Below, one piece after another: positions 1 to 9,782 of a stretch of 46,464 nucleotides of DNA. The stretch is from an uncultured Dehalococcoidales bacterium (GTDB lineage Bacteria > Chloroflexota > Dehalococcoidia > GIF9 > AB-539-J10), in the NCBI GenBank assembly GCA_964345725.1, contig CAYFSE010000225.1, positions 1-46,464 on the forward strand. The letters run 5' to 3'. The translations under genes were made by a program, and so were the position numbers. How positions within the stretch are numbered: position 1 is the first letter of the stretch; every line of letters starts with the position of its first letter. The notes under the pieces are model-generated. The model did not search any database, was not told the DNA's origin, and saw nothing but the letters and a program-made list of their open reading frames with translations.

Positions 1-882
1 ATCCAGGTCAGCAAAAGGACGCCGACTCACTAAGTCTTCAGAGTATCCCTGAAGTGCCAGCCCGGCTTGCCTCAAAAACCGTGCAGTAGGGCCTTGCTGG
101 TGTCCATCGGGCAAAGCCAGATTGATTTCCTTGGTCGGCCACGAGGGATGACGTCCTTTCCTTTCCCTTAAGCTATCAGACTCACCTCTTATTGATGCCT
201 GCGGTTCAGCGCCCAGCCTGGAGTCAAAACGCACCAGTATTTGGCTCAAATCCTCATTCTCCAAGCTTTCGCGATTAGCTACCAGAAAAGCCCTGACAGG
301 GAGCAACTTCTCGAGGGAAATTAAACCTTGAGCCGCTATATGCGCCTTGCTTCTTCCCAACAGCACTGCCAGGTCGGCATCTTCTGGAGGATAAACCTCG
401 GCAGCTCCCCACACCGGGAAGATTCTGAACCTCTTCATCCTAAGATCTAAGGCAAAAGCCTCAGATAGATTAGGATACTCGCTTACAATACGACAATCAC
501 TTCTTTGGGCTGATAGTTCGTTGAGGCTGGTTATCCCCCCTTGAGCACTGACAACCACATGAATGTCGCCTTCGCCATAATTCAGGCTCGCTATTTTTGC
601 CAGAGCCCCTGCGGGATATTTCACCAGATACTCCTCGATCCAGTCCGAACCACAGATACCAAGGTCGTAGTTCCCGACGGCCACCTGTATGGGAATGTCC
701 TTTTCCTGAAGTATCTTGGCGGTAAGGCTAGCAAACCTAGTCGAGTGAACCCTATATTGTTTTGTTCTGGCGCCATAACCTTCGAATCCCAAGCCTATTT
801 CATCAAGCAAGCTAGCTGTCGGCGATAGAAACTTGCCCTTAGGGAGCGCAAATTTGATGTAGCCGTCTTGGTAGTCCTTCAT
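1..882 (-). CDS. hisG: ATP phosphoribosyltransferase catalytic subunit (short HisG-type module). A second HisG-like N-terminal segment follows in frame. The 3' end lies outside the window.
   Basis: My own translation of the minus strand from ATG 882-880 gives MKDYQDGYIKFALPKGKF...DIPIQVAVGNYDLGICGSDW...LAVLLGRS.... The frame is open to nt 1. An ATGA overlap joins it to the stop of the upstream hisZ-like ORF. It is absent from the ORF track because it runs off the edge. Confidence 0.8.
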   Translation of the reverse strand, partial: MKDYQDGYIKFALPKGKFLSPTASLLDEIGLGFEGYGARTKQYRVHSTRFASLTAKILQEKDIPIQVAVGNYDLGICGSDWIEEYLVKYPAGALAKIASLNYGEGDIHVVVSAQGGITSLNELSAQRSDCRIVSEYPNLSEAFALDLRMKRFRIFPVWGAAEVYPPEDADLAVLLGRSKAHIAAQGLISLEKLLPVRAFLVANRESLENEDLSQILVRFDSRLGAEPQASIRGESDSLRERKGRHPSWPTKEINLALPDGHQQGPTARFLRQAGLALQGYSEDLVSRRPFADLD

Positions 883-2123
883 CCCTCACTTACCACTTCA
901 AGAATCTCGGCCACAGAAGCCACTTCTCGCCGCCGCTTTTGTATGCAATCCTTGAGGACAAATCGAGAGGGTTTCTTACGCGAGACTAGGATAACCCACC
1001 GAGGACCAGATTCTTCTCGATCTGTGAAGTCAATCTCTGTTGGGAATCCGGCGTCACGAAGTGATTCAGCCACAGTAAAGCACGTCTTTACTATTTCCGG
1101 CGTAAATCCCTTACCTTTGACCGAGACTCCAGATTTGCTCTTCTTCTCCTTATCCAGTGGCAGGAGGCACATCATAGGGTCCACATATAGGGCGAATCCG
1201 CAGGCGGGGACATCTCCTCCATTCATAAGGGGCACAAGCTTATCATATCTTCCGCCGCCACCTATCTTTTCCCCAGCGGCCATGAACTGAAAACAGATTC
1301 CAGTGTAATACTCAAAACCATGCATTGCTGCGATATCGATTTCATAGCTGCAACCCAGGTTATCCAGCGATGTGGTAACGTTCAGAAAGTCCTCCAGGCT
1401 GGACTTGAAGCCGAGCGAAGCTTTCGGGAATGAAGCTCTTACATTGCGTAGAAAGCTGGTTGATTTCCCCTTGAGACCCAAAAACGTGGCCATAAGCCTT
1501 TCGACTTCGGGGTTAGTGGATCTTGCTCTGGCTAGCGCCTGCCAGTCTCCCTCCAAAATGCGGTCCATCACCTTAGCTTCATCGGCGGGACTGAGCTCAA
1601 ATCCTTTGAGCAACGCCTTCACCAGGCCGGCGTGAGACAGTTGTAGCTTGACATTTTCTATGCCAAGCTTATTGATAACGTCTTCAGCCAGCAGAATTAT
1701 CTCCACGTCAGGAGTAAATTCGGTGCCACCAAAAAACTCGGCGCCGCATTGCCATCGTTCCCTGTTCTTTTTGCCGGTTCCCTCGAAAGTGAAGATATTG
1801 GTCACATAGAAGAGCCTAGCCAATTCTTGTCCACTCAGATTGTCTATGTAGAGCCTGGCTACAGGAATGGTGCCGTCCGGCCTCAAGACAACGCGCTCGC
1901 CGCTCCAGCCATCCCAATCGAGAAAGGAATATACCTTGCTCAGCATACCTGGAGTGAGTGTTCCCGTAGCCGTAAACAAATAGAGGTATTCCAAGGTTGG
2001 CGTCTTCACCTCCTGGTAGCCCCAGTCACGACAACAAGTCCGAAAGGCATCTTCAATACGACGAAAACGCAACATGTCATTGGGGAGCAAGTCCTGCATT
2101 CCCTTACATTTTTGGTTCTTCAT
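879..2123 (-). CDS. hisZ: ATP phosphoribosyltransferase regulatory subunit (HisRS-like HisZ)
   Basis: 414-aa ORF with a class II HisRS-like N-terminus (GMQDLLPNDMLRFRRIEDAF...GYQEVKTPTLEY...LRPDGTIPVAR). Its stop overlaps the hisG start (ATGA). Confidence 0.75.
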   Translation of the reverse strand: MKNQKCKGMQDLLPNDMLRFRRIEDAFRTCCRDWGYQEVKTPTLEYLYLFTATGTLTPGMLSKVYSFLDWDGWSGERVVLRPDGTIPVARLYIDNLSGQELARLFYVTNIFTFEGTGKKNRERWQCGAEFFGGTEFTPDVEIILLAEDVINKLGIENVKLQLSHAGLVKALLKGFELSPADEAKVMDRILEGDWQALARARSTNPEVERLMATFLGLKGKSTSFLRNVRASFPKASLGFKSSLEDFLNVTTSLDNLGCSYEIDIAAMHGFEYYTGICFQFMAAGEKIGGGGRYDKLVPLMNGGDVPACGFALYVDPMMCLLPLDKEKKSKSGVSVKGKGFTPEIVKTCFTVAESLRDAGFPTEIDFTDREESGPRWVILVSRKKPSRFVLKDCIQKRRREVASVAEILEVVSEG

Positions 2124-2179
2124 ACTCGGGGTATTCTACACTAAGCTGTTCGCAGCTTCAATCATAAACCTGAGGTTTT

Positions 2180-2208
2180 TTGTCGGTTTCAACTGCTTGG
2201 TTTATAAT
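2180..2208 (+). promoter_or_regulatory. Sigma70-like promoter candidate for the NfeD-stomatin operon
   Basis: TTGTCG (2180-2185), a 17-nt spacer, then TATAAT (2203-2208), about 60 nt upstream of the 2271 start. Confidence 0.35.
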
Positions 2209-2270
2209 TAGCATGAGGATAATGTGAGCTGATTAAAACTGGGCTCAGGGTTTTCTTCATCGCTTGACTT

Positions 2271-3545
2271 GTGATGCCCCTGGTTGCGGGTCTAGGAGGC
2301 AGCCTGCTGGCTGCCGCCGACCCTACTACTGTGGAAGTTCTGACGGTGGATGGCACAATTGTGCCTGTGATAGCTGATTACATAGACCGTGGCATCAGTC
2401 AGGCTGAGGAGAATGACGCCACCATCTGTATAGTTGAGCTAGACACACCCGGCGGGCTTCTCGACTCGACGGAGAAGATAGTCCAGAGGATTATGAATGC
2501 CAAGGTGCCCGTCGTGGTTTACGTGTCACCCAAAGGCGCCTGGGCTGCCTCAGCGGGAACCTTCATTACTCTATCAGCCCATATAGCGGCGATGACACCG
2601 GGAACGACTATCGGCGCTGCCCATCCTGTATCTGCTGGAGGGGAGGAAATACCGGAAGACCAGATGAAAAAAATAGTCGAGTTCTCGGCTAAGTGGATGA
2701 GGACTATAGCTGAAGAACGCGGCCGCAATATGGAAGAGGCCGAGTTAGCAGTTACGGAAAGCAAATCGTTCACGGATGTTGATGCACTGGAGAATAACCT
2801 CATCGACCTCCGGGCTGAGAATCTGGCAGACCTTATTTCCCAAATCAATGGCTGGAACGTCACTTTAGCCAGCGGCCAGGAAGTCGCCATTGATACTACG
2901 AACTACGGTTCAACCAGAAATGAGATGAATGCCGTTGAGAGATTTCTGCAAACGATCAGCGACCCCAATATTGCTTATATCCTGTTTACCCTGGCTACCA
3001 TAGGGTTAATTACTGAGATTTCCAACCCGGGGATGGTTTTCCCCGGAGTGGCCGGCGGCATCAGCTTACTCCTGGCATTTTACTCACTGGGAGTGCTCAA
3101 CGCTTACTGGGGAGGCATAGCACTTATCTTACTTGCTGTGGGGCTTTTCATCGCCGAATACCTCACAACCAGTTTTGGGTTATTAACTGCCGGAGGTGTG
3201 ACTGCGCTGGTCGTAGGCTCGTTGATATTGTTTAGCCACAGCCCAGGAGTAGAGGTAAATAGGGGGCTAATTGCCGGGGTTACAGTGGGCTTTACCGCTT
3301 TCGCTATCTTTATCATCGGCGCCATTATCCGCGGGCAGAGGCGACGCAAGGCTACCGGGGCTGAGGGAATGATTGGGACAATAGCTAAAACCAAAACGCC
3401 ACTCGACCCTACGGGCACGGTTCTCGCTCAGGGAGAATTATGGACGGCGGCATCGGAAGGCGGCAGAATAGCACGGGGTGAAGACGTGATAATAACCAAA
3501 GTCGAAGCGCTGAAATTATGGGTGACAAGGAAATCAAAGGAGTAG
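2271..3545 (+). CDS. Membrane-bound ClpP-class serine protease, long NfeD form (protease domain + TM segments + C-terminal OB-fold)
   Basis: Motifs IVELDTPGGL and AASAGTF, a hydrophobic middle region, and a C-terminal GELWTA...KLWVTRK tail. It lies upstream of a stomatin gene. Confidence 0.85.
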   Translation: MMPLVAGLGGSLLAAADPTTVEVLTVDGTIVPVIADYIDRGISQAEENDATICIVELDTPGGLLDSTEKIVQRIMNAKVPVVVYVSPKGAWAASAGTFITLSAHIAAMTPGTTIGAAHPVSAGGEEIPEDQMKKIVEFSAKWMRTIAEERGRNMEEAELAVTESKSFTDVDALENNLIDLRAENLADLISQINGWNVTLASGQEVAIDTTNYGSTRNEMNAVERFLQTISDPNIAYILFTLATIGLITEISNPGMVFPGVAGGISLLLAFYSLGVLNAYWGGIALILLAVGLFIAEYLTTSFGLLTAGGVTALVVGSLILFSHSPGVEVNRGLIAGVTVGFTAFAIFIIGAIIRGQRRRKATGAEGMIGTIAKTKTPLDPTGTVLAQGELWTAASEGGRIARGEDVIITKVEALKLWVTRKSKE

Positions 3546-3558
3546 GAGGGTAACATCC

Positions 3559-3870
3559 ATGGATTTCCAAATGACTGGCCCAATTATCATAGCTATAGTT
3601 TTTGCCGTTGCCTTTGTTATTTTTGTTATCTATGCCATCGTAAAAGGCCAAAGGCTAAAACTTTCGGCCGGTGTAGAAGATATGATAGGGAAGAATGCCG
3701 TGGCGCAAACGGCCCTCGACCCCAAGGGCACGGTTTTGGCTGAAGGAGAATTATGGACAGCTATAGCTGAAGATAGTACAATAGAAACCGGAGAGGAGGT
3801 GACAATAACCAAAGTAGAAGGATTGAAATTGTGGGTGACCAGAAAACCTAAAGAAAAGGAGAAAAAATGA
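3559..3870 (+). CDS. Short NfeD-like protein (one TM segment + OB-fold domain)
   Basis: 103-aa ORF with one TM helix, followed by a domain nearly superimposable on the C-terminus of the preceding ORF (DPKGTVLAEGELWTAIAE...KLWVTRKPKE). Confidence 0.75.
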   Translation: MDFQMTGPIIIAIVFAVAFVIFVIYAIVKGQRLKLSAGVEDMIGKNAVAQTALDPKGTVLAEGELWTAIAEDSTIETGEEVTITKVEGLKLWVTRKPKEKEKK

Positions 3871-4634
3871 ACGTTTTCGTTTATGTTGTTATCGCAGTAG
3901 TAGTGATAATACTTCTTTCGGCAGCTCTCAAAGTCGTTCGAGAGTATGAAAGAGGGGGCGTTTTCCGACTGGGTAGATTCGTGGGCCTTAGAGGACCGGG
4001 CCTGGTCTTAATTATACCCTTCGTTGAGACTATACGGAAAATTGACCTTCGGGTAATCACCATGGACGTTCCCCAGCAAGAGTGCATCACCGTGGACAAT
4101 GTTACTGTCAGGGTTGACGCCGTAATCTACTTTCGGGTGGTTGATGCCGGAGATGCCATTCTTAAGGTGCTCGACTATATCAAGGCAACCTCCCTGCTAG
4201 CCGCTACCACCTTGAGAAATGTTGTCGGACAATCCACGCTGGATGAGCTATTGGGTCAGCGGGACAGGCTCAACGAAAAGATACAGGGCGTGGTTGATGA
4301 AGGCACTAACCCCTGGGGCATAAAAGTGAGTATGGTGGAGGTTAAGGATGTGCAACTGCCGCAAACAATGCAGAGAGCTATGGCGGCTCAGGCTGAGGCT
4401 GAGCGAGAGAGGAGAGCCAAGGTAGTCCATGCCGAGGGCGAAGCCCAGGCGGCAGAGAAACTGGCTGATGCTGCCAAAGTTATTTCCAGTCAGCCTTCAG
4501 CGTTACAGCTCCGTTATTTGCAGACATTGTCAGGTATTGCCACTGAGAGAAGCAACGTCATTCTGTTTCCTTTGCCTATGGATATACTCGCTCCCATTTT
4601 GGGCCAGGCTAGTAAGTCAGAAAAAAGCAAATAG
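3867..4634 (+). CDS. SPFH/band-7 (stomatin-like) membrane protein
   Basis: N-terminal TM helix, then VREYERGVVFRLGR-like REYERGGVFRLGRF and an Ala/Glu-rich coiled tail. Its start overlaps the previous stop (ATGA). Confidence 0.9.
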   Translation: MNVFVYVVIAVVVIILLSAALKVVREYERGGVFRLGRFVGLRGPGLVLIIPFVETIRKIDLRVITMDVPQQECITVDNVTVRVDAVIYFRVVDAGDAILKVLDYIKATSLLAATTLRNVVGQSTLDELLGQRDRLNEKIQGVVDEGTNPWGIKVSMVEVKDVQLPQTMQRAMAAQAEAERERRAKVVHAEGEAQAAEKLADAAKVISSQPSALQLRYLQTLSGIATERSNVILFPLPMDILAPILGQASKSEKSK

Positions 4635-4804
4635 TACGACACAATCTGCGCCAGTCTTGACAATATCGCGACATACCACATCCGGGCGGCTGCTGTAGCG
4701 ACAGTCTAGGTCTTGATGGCGATGCTGTATCGTGCGCTGCCCAAGGTTATGCCTGCGCATAGGAATTGCTCCATCAGGCGAATCTTCTTACTCAGGGGGT
4801 AACT

Positions 4805-6460
4805 ATGGCCAGTAGAACTAAGCAAGAATGGCGTGCGACTGTATTGACTCCGGTTTTGAAGCGGGTTGCTGAGCGCCAGGAGAGTTTCGAAACCAGCTCG
4901 GGTGTAGAGATCGATACTGTTTACACACCGGAGGACCTGTCAGATTTTGATTATGTTCGAGATTTGGGCTACCCGGGAGAGTATCCCTTCACGCGGGGTG
5001 TTCAGCCGAACATGTATCGCGGCAGATTATGGACAATACGCCAGTACTCCGGGTTTGGCAATGCTGAGGAGACTAATCAGAGGTACCGATATCTCCTCGG
5101 GCAAGGACAGACTGGCCTGAGCGTCGCCTTCGACCTGCCAACACAAATTGGCTATGACTCCGACCACCCGTTGGCCAGAGGCGAGGTAGGCAAGGTCGGT
5201 GTTGCCATAGACAGCCTCCGGGATATGGAGATTCTCTTCCAGGACATACCTCTGGATAAGGTAAGCACTTCTATGACCATAAATGCCACTGCACCGATTC
5301 TCCTGGCCATGTATATCGCCCTGGGCAAGAAGCAAGGTGTTGAGCCCACTCGGTTAAACGGCACTACTCAAAATGACATACTTAAGGAGTACGTCGCCCG
5401 GGGTACCCATATCTTCCCACCCCGCCCTTCTATGAGGTTGGCCACTGACATATTTGCTTATTGTGCCAGGCATGTCCCCCGCTGGAATACCATCAGTATC
5501 AGTGGATACCATATACGAGAAGCCGGCTCGACCGCGGCTCAGGAAATTGGTTTCACCCTGGCTAACGGTATCGCCTATGTTCAGGCAGCTATCGATGCCG
5601 GACTTGATGTAGATGCGTTCGCTCCCAGACTATCATTCTTTTTCAACAGCCACATCAACTTCCTTGAAGAGATTGCCAAGTTCAGGGCAGCACGACGCCT
5701 GTGGGCGAGGATTATGAGAGAGAAGTTTGGAGCTAGAGATTCGCGCTCCTGGGTGCTTCGCTTCCACACTCAGACTGCGGGATGCAGCCTCACTGCTCAG
5801 CAACCGCACAATAATATCGTGCGGACAGCCTTGGAAGCCCTGGCGGCGACCTTAGGAGGTACCCAATCACTGCACACTAACTCTTTCGACGAAGCCTATG
5901 CTCCACCTTCTCAAGAAGCTGTGACCATAGCTGTGCGAACACAGCAAATATTGGGCTACGAGAGCGACATTGCTCATGTCGTCGACCCTCTGGCTGGCTC
6001 CTACTACATAGAGCACCTAAGCGACAGCCTGGAAAAGGAAGCCAGGGAGTATGTCGCCAAAATTGACAGCCTGGGTGGTGCCGTAGCCGCTATAGAGCAG
6101 GGATATCAACAAAGAGAAATCCAGGACTCCTCCTACCGGTACCAGAAAGAAATTGAGAGCGGAAAACGCACGGTGGTAGGGATAAACAAATTCGTCTCCC
6201 CTTATCCCAGAATAGTGGGGTTGCTGCGAGTCAGGCCGGAAGTGGAAAAAAGACAGAAGGAGAGGACTTCCCAGGTCAGGAAAGATAGGGACAATGGCAA
6301 AGTCAAGCAGGCGCTCGGGCGATTGCAGGATATCGCTCGAAGCGAGAACAATACCATGCCTGCCTGCCTTGAATGTGTGGAGGCGTACGCTACCCTCGGG
6401 GAAATATGCGACGTATTGCGCAAGGTTTTCTCCACTCAAAAGGAATTCCTGGTCTTTTGA
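4805..6460 (+). CDS. Methylmalonyl-CoA mutase, catalytic (N-terminal, substrate-binding) chain
   Basis: [28 protein letters not shown] and FHTQTAG motifs. I moved the start to ATG 4805, which follows a GGGGG-type SD; the ORF track starts at TTG 4766. Confidence 0.9.
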   Translation: MASRTKQEWRATVLTPVLKRVAERQESFETSSGVEIDTVYTPEDLSDFDYVRDLGYPGEYPFTRGVQPNMYRGRLWTIRQYSGFGNAEETNQRYRYLLGQGQTGLSVAFDLPTQIGYDSDHPLARGEVGKVGVAIDSLRDMEILFQDIPLDKVSTSMTINATAPILLAMYIALGKKQGVEPTRLNGTTQNDILKEYVARGTHIFPPRPSMRLATDIFAYCARHVPRWNTISISGYHIREAGSTAAQEIGFTLANGIAYVQAAIDAGLDVDAFAPRLSFFFNSHINFLEEIAKFRAARRLWARIMREKFGARDSRSWVLRFHTQTAGCSLTAQQPHNNIVRTALEALAATLGGTQSLHTNSFDEAYAPPSQEAVTIAVRTQQILGYESDIAHVVDPLAGSYYIEHLSDSLEKEAREYVAKIDSLGGAVAAIEQGYQQREIQDSSYRYQKEIESGKRTVVGINKFVSPYPRIVGLLRVRPEVEKRQKERTSQVRKDRDNGKVKQALGRLQDIARSENNTMPACLECVEAYATLGEICDVLRKVFSTQKEFLVF

Positions 6461-6504
6461 GAAGGAGCCTTCGGGATCTGTGTACTGACTTTTAAGGAGG
6501 GAAA

Positions 6505-6903
6505 ATGACCAAAAGAGTTGACCACATCGGCATCTTAGTCAGCAACATCGCCGACGCGCTAGAGCTTTATAAGGATTGTTTCGGCGCTAAGGTTGAAAAG
6601 ACTGAAACCCTGGCTGAGCAGGGAGTAAAGGCAGCCATCCTTTCCCTCGGGCAGGGTGCTAATCTGGAGCTTTTGGAACCACTTCCCGACAGCAGTATGG
6701 CGAAAGTCCTGGAAAAAAGAGGAGAAGGGCTTCACCACATAACGTTTGAAGTGGATAACGTAGACGACGAGCTCAGCCACCTCTCCGAAAGGGGGATAGA
6801 ATTGATTGATAAGAAGGCTCGCCCCGGCTTCGAGGGCATGGTCGCTTTTATTCACCCCAAATCGCTTAGAGGGGTGCTGGTCGAGCTCTGTCAGAAAGCC
6901 TAG
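6505..6903 (+). CDS. Methylmalonyl-CoA epimerase (glyoxalase/VOC fold)
   Basis: 132 aa, VDHIGILVSNI...GLHHITFEV. It sits between the two mutase chains. Confidence 0.85.
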   Translation: MTKRVDHIGILVSNIADALELYKDCFGAKVEKTETLAEQGVKAAILSLGQGANLELLEPLPDSSMAKVLEKRGEGLHHITFEVDNVDDELSHLSERGIELIDKKARPGFEGMVAFIHPKSLRGVLVELCQKA

Positions 6904-6915
6904 AAGGAGCGGACT

Positions 6916-7326
6916 ATGAGCAAAGGTAGGCTTCGTGTTCTGCTAGCCAAGCCTGGTTTAGATGGCCATGACCGAGGTGCCAAAGTGGTAGCCAGAGCTT
7001 TGCGGGACGCCGGCATGGAGGTAATCTATACTGGCATCCGACAGACTCCCGAGATGATTGTCGAGGCAGCTATCCAGGAAGATGTGGATGTCGTCGGGTT
7101 GAGCATCTTGTCGGGAGCTCATCTGGAACTGTTTCCATCAATAATGGAAGGGCTGAGGAGAAAAGGTAGAGAAGATGTCCTGCTGATCGCCGGAGGCATA
7201 ATACCTGAGGACGATGTTCCGGCTTTGCAGCAGATGGGCGTAAGAGCTGTCTTTGGCCCTGGCACTTCCACAGAGGAAATCATCCGCTTCATCCAGAACG
7301 AAGTAACCCGGCGCTCAGCCCCCTGA
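6916..7326 (+). CDS. Methylmalonyl-CoA mutase, B12-binding chain
   Basis: [23 protein letters not shown] contains the DxHxxG cobalamin-binding signature. Confidence 0.9.
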   Translation: MSKGRLRVLLAKPGLDGHDRGAKVVARALRDAGMEVIYTGIRQTPEMIVEAAIQEDVDVVGLSILSGAHLELFPSIMEGLRRKGREDVLLIAGGIIPEDDVPALQQMGVRAVFGPGTSTEEIIRFIQNEVTRRSAP

Positions 7327-8259
7327 GTGCTGGGCAGCGCCGATAAGGTCTGTCATATTCTGCACCCCTCTGTCGAGCATGAAGTGCTTTATCCCCTCCA
7401 TTATGGTCAGACAGATATCGGGACTGGTGAGGCAGGCTGTGCCGATCTGTATGGCAGTAGCTCCAGCCATAATAAACTCCAGGGCATCCTCAGCACAAGC
7501 AATACCTCCGCATCCTATCACTGGAATACTGACCACCTTGGCTGCCTCGAACACCATGTGAAGCGCCACAGGCTTGACAACGCGACCGGAAACTCCGCCT
7601 ACGATATTTCCCAAACAGGGCCTCTTGCGGTCTATGTCGATTGCCATACCCTTCAATGTGTTAATCAAACACACGGCATCAGCTCCAGCTTCTTCCACGG
7701 CTGAAGCGATTTCCCCAATATCGGTCACATTAGGACTCAACTTGACGATAACCGGCAAACTGGTGACAGTTTTAACTGCTGAAGTCACCTGAGCCGCGAG
7801 CTTGGAGTCGACACCAAACTCCATCCCTCCTGCGGAAATATTAGGGCAGCTAATATTCAACTCAATGCCGCTGACGCCAGGCACGCCTTCTAATCTACGG
7901 CTCACAGCCACGTATTCGTCCGCGGTTTCCCCGGCAACATTAACGATAACCGGAACTTGCCACCCTGCCCACACGGGCGCTCTTTCTGTAACCAGCGCAT
8001 CGACCCCGATATTCTCCAGGCCCACAGAATTAAGCACACCACCAGCAGTCTCCACTAGGCGTGGTTGAACATTACCCCTTCTGGGCATAAGGGTTGTCCC
8101 TTTACAGACAATGGCGCCTAGCTTTTGAATATCAGCAATCTCAGCATACTCTATGCCATAACCAGCTATGCCCGCTGCTATCATCACAGGATTAGACAGC
8201 GCTAGTCCCTTAGCATGCCGCGGTGCCAGTTGCACGTGCAGGTTGGGTGACTTCTCCAT
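7315..8259 (-). CDS. pyrD: Dihydroorotate dehydrogenase, class 1 catalytic subunit
   Basis: [16 protein letters not shown] and IGCGGI motifs. I chose the start at internal Met 46 (MEKSPNLHV...) because the longer ORF overlaps the upstream gene. Confidence 0.85.
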   Translation of the reverse strand: MEKSPNLHVQLAPRHAKGLALSNPVMIAAGIAGYGIEYAEIADIQKLGAIVCKGTTLMPRRGNVQPRLVETAGGVLNSVGLENIGVDALVTERAPVWAGWQVPVIVNVAGETADEYVAVSRRLEGVPGVSGIELNISCPNISAGGMEFGVDSKLAAQVTSAVKTVTSLPVIVKLSPNVTDIGEIASAVEEAGADAVCLINTLKGMAIDIDRKRPCLGNIVGGVSGRVVKPVALHMVFEAAKVVSIPVIGCGGIACAEDALEFIMAGATAIQIGTACLTSPDICLTIMEGIKHFMLDRGVQNMTDLIGAAQHSGG

Positions 8260-8386
8260 TGTCCTAGACTTTATCACTGCTCGGGGAAAAAAAGAAAGGA
8301 CTAGCTTAACCCAGAGAGTCTTGTGGCTTTTTGGAGACCGGAGTGACACGGACTCTATCAGAATCACGAGACCTTTGTGGGGCAAC

Positions 8387-9112
8387 TTAACCAAGTGGCA
8401 CGATTCTCACCCTGCCCCAGACGCCCATTTTATCGCCCACAATAACAACCACACCACTTAACCCCTCGATACTCCCGGCTTTTTCGATTGCCTGAGGAAT
8501 ATCATCTGTGGTCCTGACTGTATTGCACAGGGCTGTAGCTGCCGCATCAGCTAACGCCGTCGATGGTGACAGGACAGTAACGGCGTCAGCGACCCCCAGG
8601 CTTAAAGAATGTCCTACGGTTCCAGAAGAGGTACATATGCCCAGCGGTGTTTCCCGAGGAACGATTTCCAGGGCAATTCTTTTGGTGAAAGAGGATTGCC
8701 CGGCATAGATGCCCACGAGTTTCTTTTTGGATATCTTGAGAAAGATATCTCCACCATTCTCCACAATCACCTCCGGCGAGAAAGCAAGTAGATCCCTGCC
8801 TATCGCTTCAGCAACAGCGCCAGCTACCGCCGCCATAGGACCAACACCAGCTAACTGAGATACCCTGGCCATTTCTTTGATTAAAGCCGGGGCTCCCACT
8901 TCAGCCTGATAAGGCTGCAACGTCGTCAGGAAAAGAGGATGCCTCTCAATATATGATTCCAAAGAGCTGCGGTGCTTTAGAACGGAATCGAGAGCTTTAT
9001 CCTTCAGATTACGCCGGGAGCGGATGCATAAGTCTGTTTGCTTCACTGTCAGTGCAAAGGAAACCAAATCGTCGTCCTTGATCCAGTGACGGTAGAACCG
9101 TGGCTCATACAT
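8387..9112 (-). CDS. UPF0280 / COG2122 ApbE-superfamily protein (homolog class of the M. acetivorans MA1715-type sulfur-assimilation factor)
   Basis: 241 aa, MYEPRFYRHW...GVGPMAAVAGAVAE...CTSSGTVGHSLSLG. It lies in an operon with the COG1900 and NIL-ferredoxin genes. Confidence 0.75.
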   Translation of the reverse strand: MYEPRFYRHWIKDDDLVSFALTVKQTDLCIRSRRNLKDKALDSVLKHRSSLESYIERHPLFLTTLQPYQAEVGAPALIKEMARVSQLAGVGPMAAVAGAVAEAIGRDLLAFSPEVIVENGGDIFLKISKKKLVGIYAGQSSFTKRIALEIVPRETPLGICTSSGTVGHSLSLGVADAVTVLSPSTALADAAATALCNTVRTTDDIPQAIEKAGSIEGLSGVVVIVGDKMGVWGRVRIVPLG

Positions 9113-9262
9113 GGTCGTATATAAGATCCTAATCTCTAAGGCCTAAACAAATTCCTTCAGAATGCAAAAACAAAAAAACAAAGTGACAGAGCAAAAGTCA
9201 AAAGTTGTTGCGTTTTGATTTGCCATTTTGATTTCTGACCCTTGATTTTTGAATTTCTGTGG

Positions 9263-9673
9263 TCAGAAATACAATATCATCGCACGAGGAGGACAAGCCT
9301 TGACACATAGGCCGCAGACGACACATTGGTTATGGTCAAAGAGGACCTTTCTGGTTCTCGGCTCAAGGACAAAAGCCTCAGTGGGACAAATGGTAATACA
9401 GGCCCCACAATGAGTGCATTTGACTTCGTCACGAACGACATCCTGGCTCAAGGACTGGATTTCTATCCCGGTCTCGGTGAGGTATTTGATGCCCTTGTCG
9501 TAGTTCTTCCGCTCACCGCTTAGCTCCAGGACCAGTAGCCCTTCCTGTCCTGGTGATACGGAAGCCCTAATGATATTGAAGGTAAGACCGAAATCCTTAA
9601 CCAGGCGGTAAACGACCGGCTGCCCCGTCATAGTGGGCGGAAAGTGGAGCACTATTCTTCTAGAAACATTCAC
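9263..9673 (-). CDS. NIL domain - 2x[4Fe-4S] ferredoxin fusion (MA1822-type homocysteine biosynthesis partner)
   Basis: The N-terminus IVLHFPP...VLELSGE matches a NIL domain. The C-terminus carries CTHCGACITICP and CVVCGLCVKACP cluster motifs. Confidence 0.85.
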   Translation of the reverse strand: MNVSRRIVLHFPPTMTGQPVVYRLVKDFGLTFNIIRASVSPGQEGLLVLELSGERKNYDKGIKYLTETGIEIQSLSQDVVRDEVKCTHCGACITICPTEAFVLEPRTRKVLFDHNQCVVCGLCVKACPPRAMILYF

Positions 9674-9782
9674 CTCTACAAAATCCTAACCTCTAGACAA
9701 ATCCAAATGGCCAATAAGGTCCGAAGCTGCAAGCGCCGAAACCACACCTCTTTGTCATTTGGGCCTTGTCATTTGCCATTGT

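Noticed and set aside
541-2144. Plus-strand ORFs 541-828, 868-1290, 1372-1635 and 1749-2144.
   Set aside because: They are shadows of hisG/hisZ, which are encoded on the minus strand.
8260-8394. The N-terminal 45-codon extension of the pyrD ORF.
   Set aside because: The extension overlaps the 3' end of the upstream COG2122 gene and has no similarity to DHOD N-termini. Internal Met 46 gives a canonical start ([13 protein letters not shown]...).
9205-9262. Clustered TTTGATTT direct repeats, considered as a mini CRISPR or iteron array.
   Set aside because: The units are only 7-8 nt with irregular spacing, inside an operon spacer, and no cas genes are present. They are reported instead as part of the leader-motif finding.
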